This document shows positions 58,843 to 64,000 of a stretch of DNA of 64,000 nt, one piece after another. Under the pieces are notes generated by a model. That model saw only the letters and a program-made list of their open reading frames with translations, did no database searches and was not told where the DNA came from. Numbering within the stretch: position 1 is the first letter of the stretch; each line of letters begins with the position of its first letter. Position numbers and translations under genes: made by a program. This DNA comes from Macrostomum hystrix (Eukaryota; Animalia; Platyhelminthes), in assembly GCA_950097015.1 (NCBI GenBank), contig CATNEN010000002.1:8618001-8682000 (forward strand), written 5' to 3'.

Positions 58843-60857
58843 CTAGACCTCGTCAGCAGCGGCAGGCTGCTCAGCCGGTCCTTCAGCAGCTGCCGCACTG
58901 GAGGTCAGGCGGTGCAGCCGATCGAGCATGAGCTCATTCTCCACTTCGTGATCCTCAACGGCGCCTGCTCCAGAAGCTGCAGGCCGCGACTCCACCGCCT
59001 CGTCGATGTCGATGGTGTCCACCGGAGTCGAAGAGTCGAAGGACGCCGCCGGATTGGTCGAAGCCTCCATGACTCGAATGGGCATCGGGAGGTCCGGCGA
59101 ACCGGCCGGCGGCAGCGGAGGCGGCGCTGGTGGCGCGGGCCGCGAGCGGTGAAAGCGCACGTTGCCACCCCTGCCCGCAGCCGCGGCCGCCAGCTCGTCG
59201 ATTCGCGTTGTTGCCCCAGACGCTCCGCTGCTGCTTGCCACTGACTTTGAAGCCGCCGCCGCCCCAACCGAAGGTTCAGCTGAAGTATCCGAGGCTCTGT
59301 CCAGCTTGATGACGGCCCAGACGGCCGGAAAGGCAGCAACCTCGCCGATGTTAGCCATGATGGCCAGGCCGAATGAGAAGCCGAGCAGGCCGTAGGTCTG
59401 GATGGCGGGTCCGGCCGCCGACTCAACCGCCTGGCACCAGCGACTGTACAGCCCGGCCATCAGGCTCCACAGCAGCAGCTGCAGCACCACTGGGAAAGAG
59501 TTGATTGACACCGGGGAGTGAGGTGGGTGTATGAGGATTGAGGTGGGTGTATGAGGATTGAGGTGCGTGTGTATGATGAGTGAGGTGGGTGTGTATGAGG
59601 AGTGAGGTGGGTGTGTATGAGGATTGAGGTGCGTGTGTATGATGAGTGAGGTGGGTGTGTATGAGGAGTGAGGTGGGTGTGTATGAGGAGTGAGGTGGGT
59701 GTGTATGAGGAGTGAGGTGGGTGTGTATCAGGGTGAGGTGGGTGGATATGAGGAGTGAGGTGTGTGTGCTTGTAGAGTGAGGTTGGTGTGCATGAGAGAA
59801 GTGTCATCATGCAGGCAGGAAACATTTCTCACCGGTTGTAGCGATGGCAGTCAGGCTGATGAGCGGAAGATGTTGCTTCATCAAGGCCGGACGACGCTTC
59901 GGCGGGACGCACAAAGCTGCGTACAGGCAGCAGGACAGCAAGCTGGCGATGATGGCCAGCACCCCGAAGGCCTGCGCGGCACGCTGATGCGCTGCGGGCG
60001 GTGGTTTTGGAATTCAGCAGGTCTTAGTTGGCTGCCGATTGCGATTGCCCTGTGATCCGGAATTTCCTTTCATTTTTTCGTGACTATCTAGTCTCACATC
60101 CTGAACCTCCAGTCTCACATCCTGAACCTCCAGTCTCACATCCTGAGCCTCCAGTCTCACATCCTGAATCTCCTGTCTCATAATATCCTGAATCTCCAGT
60201 CTCACATCCTGAATCTCCAGTCTCACATCCTGAACCTCCAGTCTCACACCCTGAATCTCCAGTCTCACATCCTGAATCTCCCGTCTCATATCCTGAATCT
60301 CGAGTCTCACATCCTGAATCTTCAGTCTCACATCCTGAATCTCGAGTCCCACATCCTGAACCTCCAGTCTCACATCCTGAACCTCCAGTCTCACATCCTG
60401 AATCTCCAGTCTCACATCCTGAATCTCCAGTCTCACATCCTGAACCTCCAGTCTCACATCCTGAACCTCCAGTCTCACATCCTTAATCTCCAGTCTCACA
60501 TCCTGAATCTCCTGTCTCACATCCTGAATCTCGAGTCTCACGTCCTGAATCTCCAGTCTCACATCCTGAATCTCCAGTCTCACATCCTGAATCTCTAGTC
60601 TCACATCCTGAATCTCTAGTCTCAGTTTCTCACAGAGCTGAAGTCTCACCGGCCAGGTGACTCAGCGCTGGCTGCTCAAGGCCGGTCCACAGCCCCAGGA
60701 AGCGGAACTCCTGGCTGGCCAGTGGCAGGCTGAGGTAGTCGATGGTGAGGATGCCCCAGTAGGCTGTGCCGAAGCCTACAATGAGAAAGAACAGGCACAG
60801 CAGCAGCAGCAAGGCCACTGAGGCCTTGGCCAGCAGAGGCGGCTGCAGCTTTGCCAT
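58843..60857 (-). CDS. Claudin/PMP22-superfamily tetraspan protein, 3 exons, about 337 aa
   Basis: Exons 60857-60650, 59991-59833 and 59489-58843 have phase-1 introns. TM1 is followed by YW...GLW; AAQAFGVLAII marks TM2, and GFSFGLA precedes TM4. The long low-complexity tail ends DEV. Confidence 0.75.
59515..59765. repeat. 20-22-bp minisatellite in tetraspan intron 2
   Basis: Unit approximately gtatgaggagtgaggtgggtgt. Confidence 0.9.
60088..60622. repeat. 21-bp minisatellite in tetraspan intron 1
   Basis: Unit cagtctcacatcctgaatctc. Confidence 0.95.
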
Positions 60858-61071
60858 TTCTTTGTGTTTCCTTCTTCGGATCGTCAAGCAATCGGCTTTT
60901 CATTTATGCCGAAATTCAACAGCCGGGCAATAAAAATGTGCCCGCCCTGCGATCGAATTTCAGGTGAGCCTGGTCATAAAGTCAGGCCGGGATTGACTCT
61001 CCTGCGAACAAGCTGGAATTTTCCGTCAAGCTGGCTCAATGCCTAACCGAGTGTGAACTGTGGCTGCATTT

Positions 61072-62830
61072 CTACCGGCTGTAGTTCTGGGCTATTGTTC
61101 TCAAGCTTTGCTGTTTGATAGGAGTTTTCAAGAGGTCTGCAAAAGAGTTCTGTAATACTTAATATCCAGTTCTGTAATATCCCATATCCAGTTCTGTAAT
61201 ATCCCATATCCAGTTGTGTAATATCCCATATCCAGTTCTGTAATATCCCATATCCAGTTCTGTAATATCCCATATCCAGTTGTGTAATATCCCATATCCA
61301 GTTCTGTAATATCCCATATCCAGTTCTGTAATATCCCAAATCGAGTTTTGTAATATCCCATATACAGTTCTGTAGTATCCCATATCCAGTTGTGTAATAT
61401 CCCATATCAAGTTCTGTAATATCCCATATCCAGTTGTGTAATATCCCATATCCAGTTCTGTAATATCCCATATCCAGTTCTGTAATATCCCATATCCAGT
61501 TCTGTAATATCCCATATCCAGTTCTGTAATATCCCATATCCAGTTCTGTAATATCCCATATCAAGTTCTGTAATATCCCATATCCAGTTGTGTAATATCC
61601 CATATCCAGTTCTGTAATATCCCATATCCAGTTCTGTAATATCCAATATCCAGTTCTGTAATATCCCATATCCAGTTCTGTAATATCCCATATACAGTTG
61701 CGTAATATCCCATATCCAGTTCTGTAATATCCCATATCCAGTTCTGTAATATCCGATATCCAGTTGTGTAATATCCGATATCCAGTTGTGTAATATCCCA
61801 TATCCAGTTCTGTAATATCCCATATCCAGTTCTGTAATATCCCATATCCAGTTGTGTAATATCCCATATCCAGTTGTGTAATATCCCATATCCAGTTGTG
61901 TAATATCCCATATCCAGTTGTGTAATATCCCATATCCAGTTCTGTAATATCCCACATCCAGTTCTGTAATATCCCATATCCAGTTCTGTAATATCCCATA
62001 TCCAGTTGTGTAATATCCCATATCCAGTTCTGTAATATCCCATATCCAGTTGTGTAATATCCCATATCCAGTTCTGTAATATCCCATATCCAGTTGTGTA
62101 ATATCCCATATCCAGTTCTGTAATATCCCATATCCAGTTGTGTAATATCCCATATCCAGTTATGTAATATCCCATATCCAGTTCTGTAATATCCCATATC
62201 CAGTTCTGTAATATCCCATATCCAGTTGTGTAATATCCCATATCCAGTTCTGTAATATCCCATATCCAGTTGTGTAATATCCCATATCCAGTTCTGTAAT
62301 ATCCCATATCCAGTTGTGTAATATCCCATATCCAGTTCTGTAATATCCCATATCCAGTTGTGTAATATCCCATATCCAGTTCTGTAACATCCCATATCCA
62401 GTTGTGTAATATCCCATATCCAGTTCTGTAATATCCCATATCCAGTTCTGTAATATCCCACATCCAGTTCTGTAATATCCCATATCCAGTTCTGTAATAT
62501 CCCATATCCAGTTCTGTAATATCCCATATCCAGTTATGTAATATCCCATATCCAGTTCTGTAATATCCCATATCCAGTTGTGTAATATCCCATATCCAGT
62601 TCTGTAATATCCCATATCCAGTTCTCTAATATCCCATATCCAGTTGTGTAATATCCCATATCCAGTTCTAAAATACTCACATTGGTTTCACCCAGCACGG
62701 CCAGTCGGTAAAGTTTCTGGTTGAGGCACCGCACGTACCACTAGGCAAAAGTGGGTTGGATGCAGTGCCCTACAATGTACTTTTTCCCATGGCTGTCTCA
62801 AGTCTTGCAGCAGTCGTTGCTGGAGGCTGC
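61072..62830 (-). CDS. Putative 3' exons of a small unannotated gene spanning the 22-bp array
   Basis: Exon 62740-62692 (WYVRCLNQKLYRLAVL G|gtgaaa) splices in phase to 61136-61072 (ttttgcag|AC LLKTPIKQQSLRTIAQNYSR stop). An upstream exon may end at 62781 with a 40-nt intron. Confidence 0.4.
61160..62670. repeat. 22-bp minisatellite, about 68 copies
   Basis: Unit ccagtt(c/g)tgtaatatcccatat. Confidence 0.97.
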
Positions 62831-63280
62831 ATAATTAGCTGCAGCAACTCAAGGAGGCGCCAGTGTTCCCAGTCTCAGGTGCGTGACTGCTGCTTCTTTG
62901 CTCCGCTGGCGGAAGCTGCAGTTTAGTTGGGGCATTGTTCCTTGACTCCCAATGGCTTGCTACTCCACTCGCTACCACCTGAGCGAGCCATCCTCGGACA
63001 TGTGCTCTCTGTTGCCACGGAGAAGTCACCATTTAGGCTAACAATTTTGGGATAAGAAAATCGACAGAAAAACACGGAGTTAGAGCCATTGTGCCTCCCT
63101 GCGTCCCCTGGCAAGAAAGTGGGAAGAACTCAGCCTTAGCCAAAACAGGATTTGAGAGGCTGTGAGATGCATCAATCGGCAGCACGGACGCTCTTCAAAG
63201 TGCGCCGGTCTCTCGAGCGCTCCGATTGGCTGGCGGGCAGTTTGGGGGTGGCAGTGAGGCTGGGGGTCAGTTTATTACAG

Positions 63281-63754
63281 ACCCGGCCGCAGGGCTGCAG
63301 CAGGACTCATTGTGCGCTGCCATGGCCGACACTCAGAAAGCCCTGGCTTCAAGGCACCAGATCAAGCCAGCTCCGGCCACATCAAAGACCGGAGCCGCCA
63401 AAGGCGCCGCTGCAGCAGCCGCCGCTGAGGACGAAGAAGGCGATCCCGGCCTGGAGGTCCTGACTGCCGATCAGCGCCGCATGCTGGAGCTGGTGACCGA
63501 GGAGCTTCAACAGTCAGCTGCCTGCGACAAGCGGCTTGACGAACTCGCCGGACGCCTGGTGGAGGCTCAGCGCCGCCTGGCCTGGCTGGAGCTCCGCTGC
63601 CCCACCGCCATCGTCTGGCGCATCGGCGACGTCTCCAGCCGCTTGAAGGCCGCCCGCACTGGCCAGGCGGCTGCCTTTGAAGGCGGCAGTAAGCAGCTCA
63701 GCCGTCTCGGCTACCGCCTGGCCCTCACCGTCTGCCTGTACGGCGAGGGACGCG
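63281..63754 (+). CDS. TRAF-like exon: coiled coil plus N-terminal half of a MATH domain; continues beyond the window
   Basis: Acceptor tttattacag at 63280 and donor G|gtatgt at 63755. The coiled coil is followed by [15 protein letters not shown]...[16 protein letters not shown], the TRAF MATH pattern. Confidence 0.8.
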
Positions 63755-63756
63755 GT

Positions 63757-63949
<193 letters not shown>

Positions 63950-64000
63950 GTGCTCACTATTGACTGTCTCCTGACTAGTATATTTACAATATATATATGT

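Noticed and set aside
60014-60649. Heptad coiled-coil ORF (LEIQDVR)n
   Set aside because: It lies wholly in tetraspan intron 1; the heptad is a by-product of the 21-bp unit.
61043-62615. Long repetitive ORFs (MGYYRTGYGILQNWIWDITELD)
   Set aside because: These are translations of a 22-bp unit open in several frames, with no signal peptide or unique flanks.

Overview
Intron-containing animal genomic DNA, not prokaryotic. The GC-rich exons, minisatellite-filled introns and AG acceptors directly before start codons suggest a free-living flatworm such as Macrostomum; this is inference from sequence style only. I reconstructed the genes by hand from GT/AG sites and reading phase, and nearly all lie on the minus strand. 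They are: two tandem secreted PAN-like/LamG paralogs (one frameshifted), a 63-aa knottin-framework secreted peptide, SNX4 (4 exons), INTS9 (at least 8 exons), an intronless caspase-fold gene with DACRG and a frameshift, a glypican with a very long mucin-like stalk, a claudin/PMP22-like tetraspan gene, and a probable cryptic small gene. The plus strand carries a small type I membrane protein and a TRAF-like exon. Mobile DNA comprises two dead mariners, two MITEs with clear TSDs and several LINE remnants. About 20 distinct minisatellites account for most of the long ORFs in the track, and those ORFs are artefacts. The top leads are the non-canonical double caspase-fold protein, the knottin, the mosaic lectin-like paralog pair, a putative trans-spliced INTS9-SNX4 operon with a 4.9-kb satellite as its only spacer, and an INTS9 intron made of four tandem mini-intron plus 9-nt micro-exon units. 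No database searches could be run, so homology calls rest on recalled family motifs.
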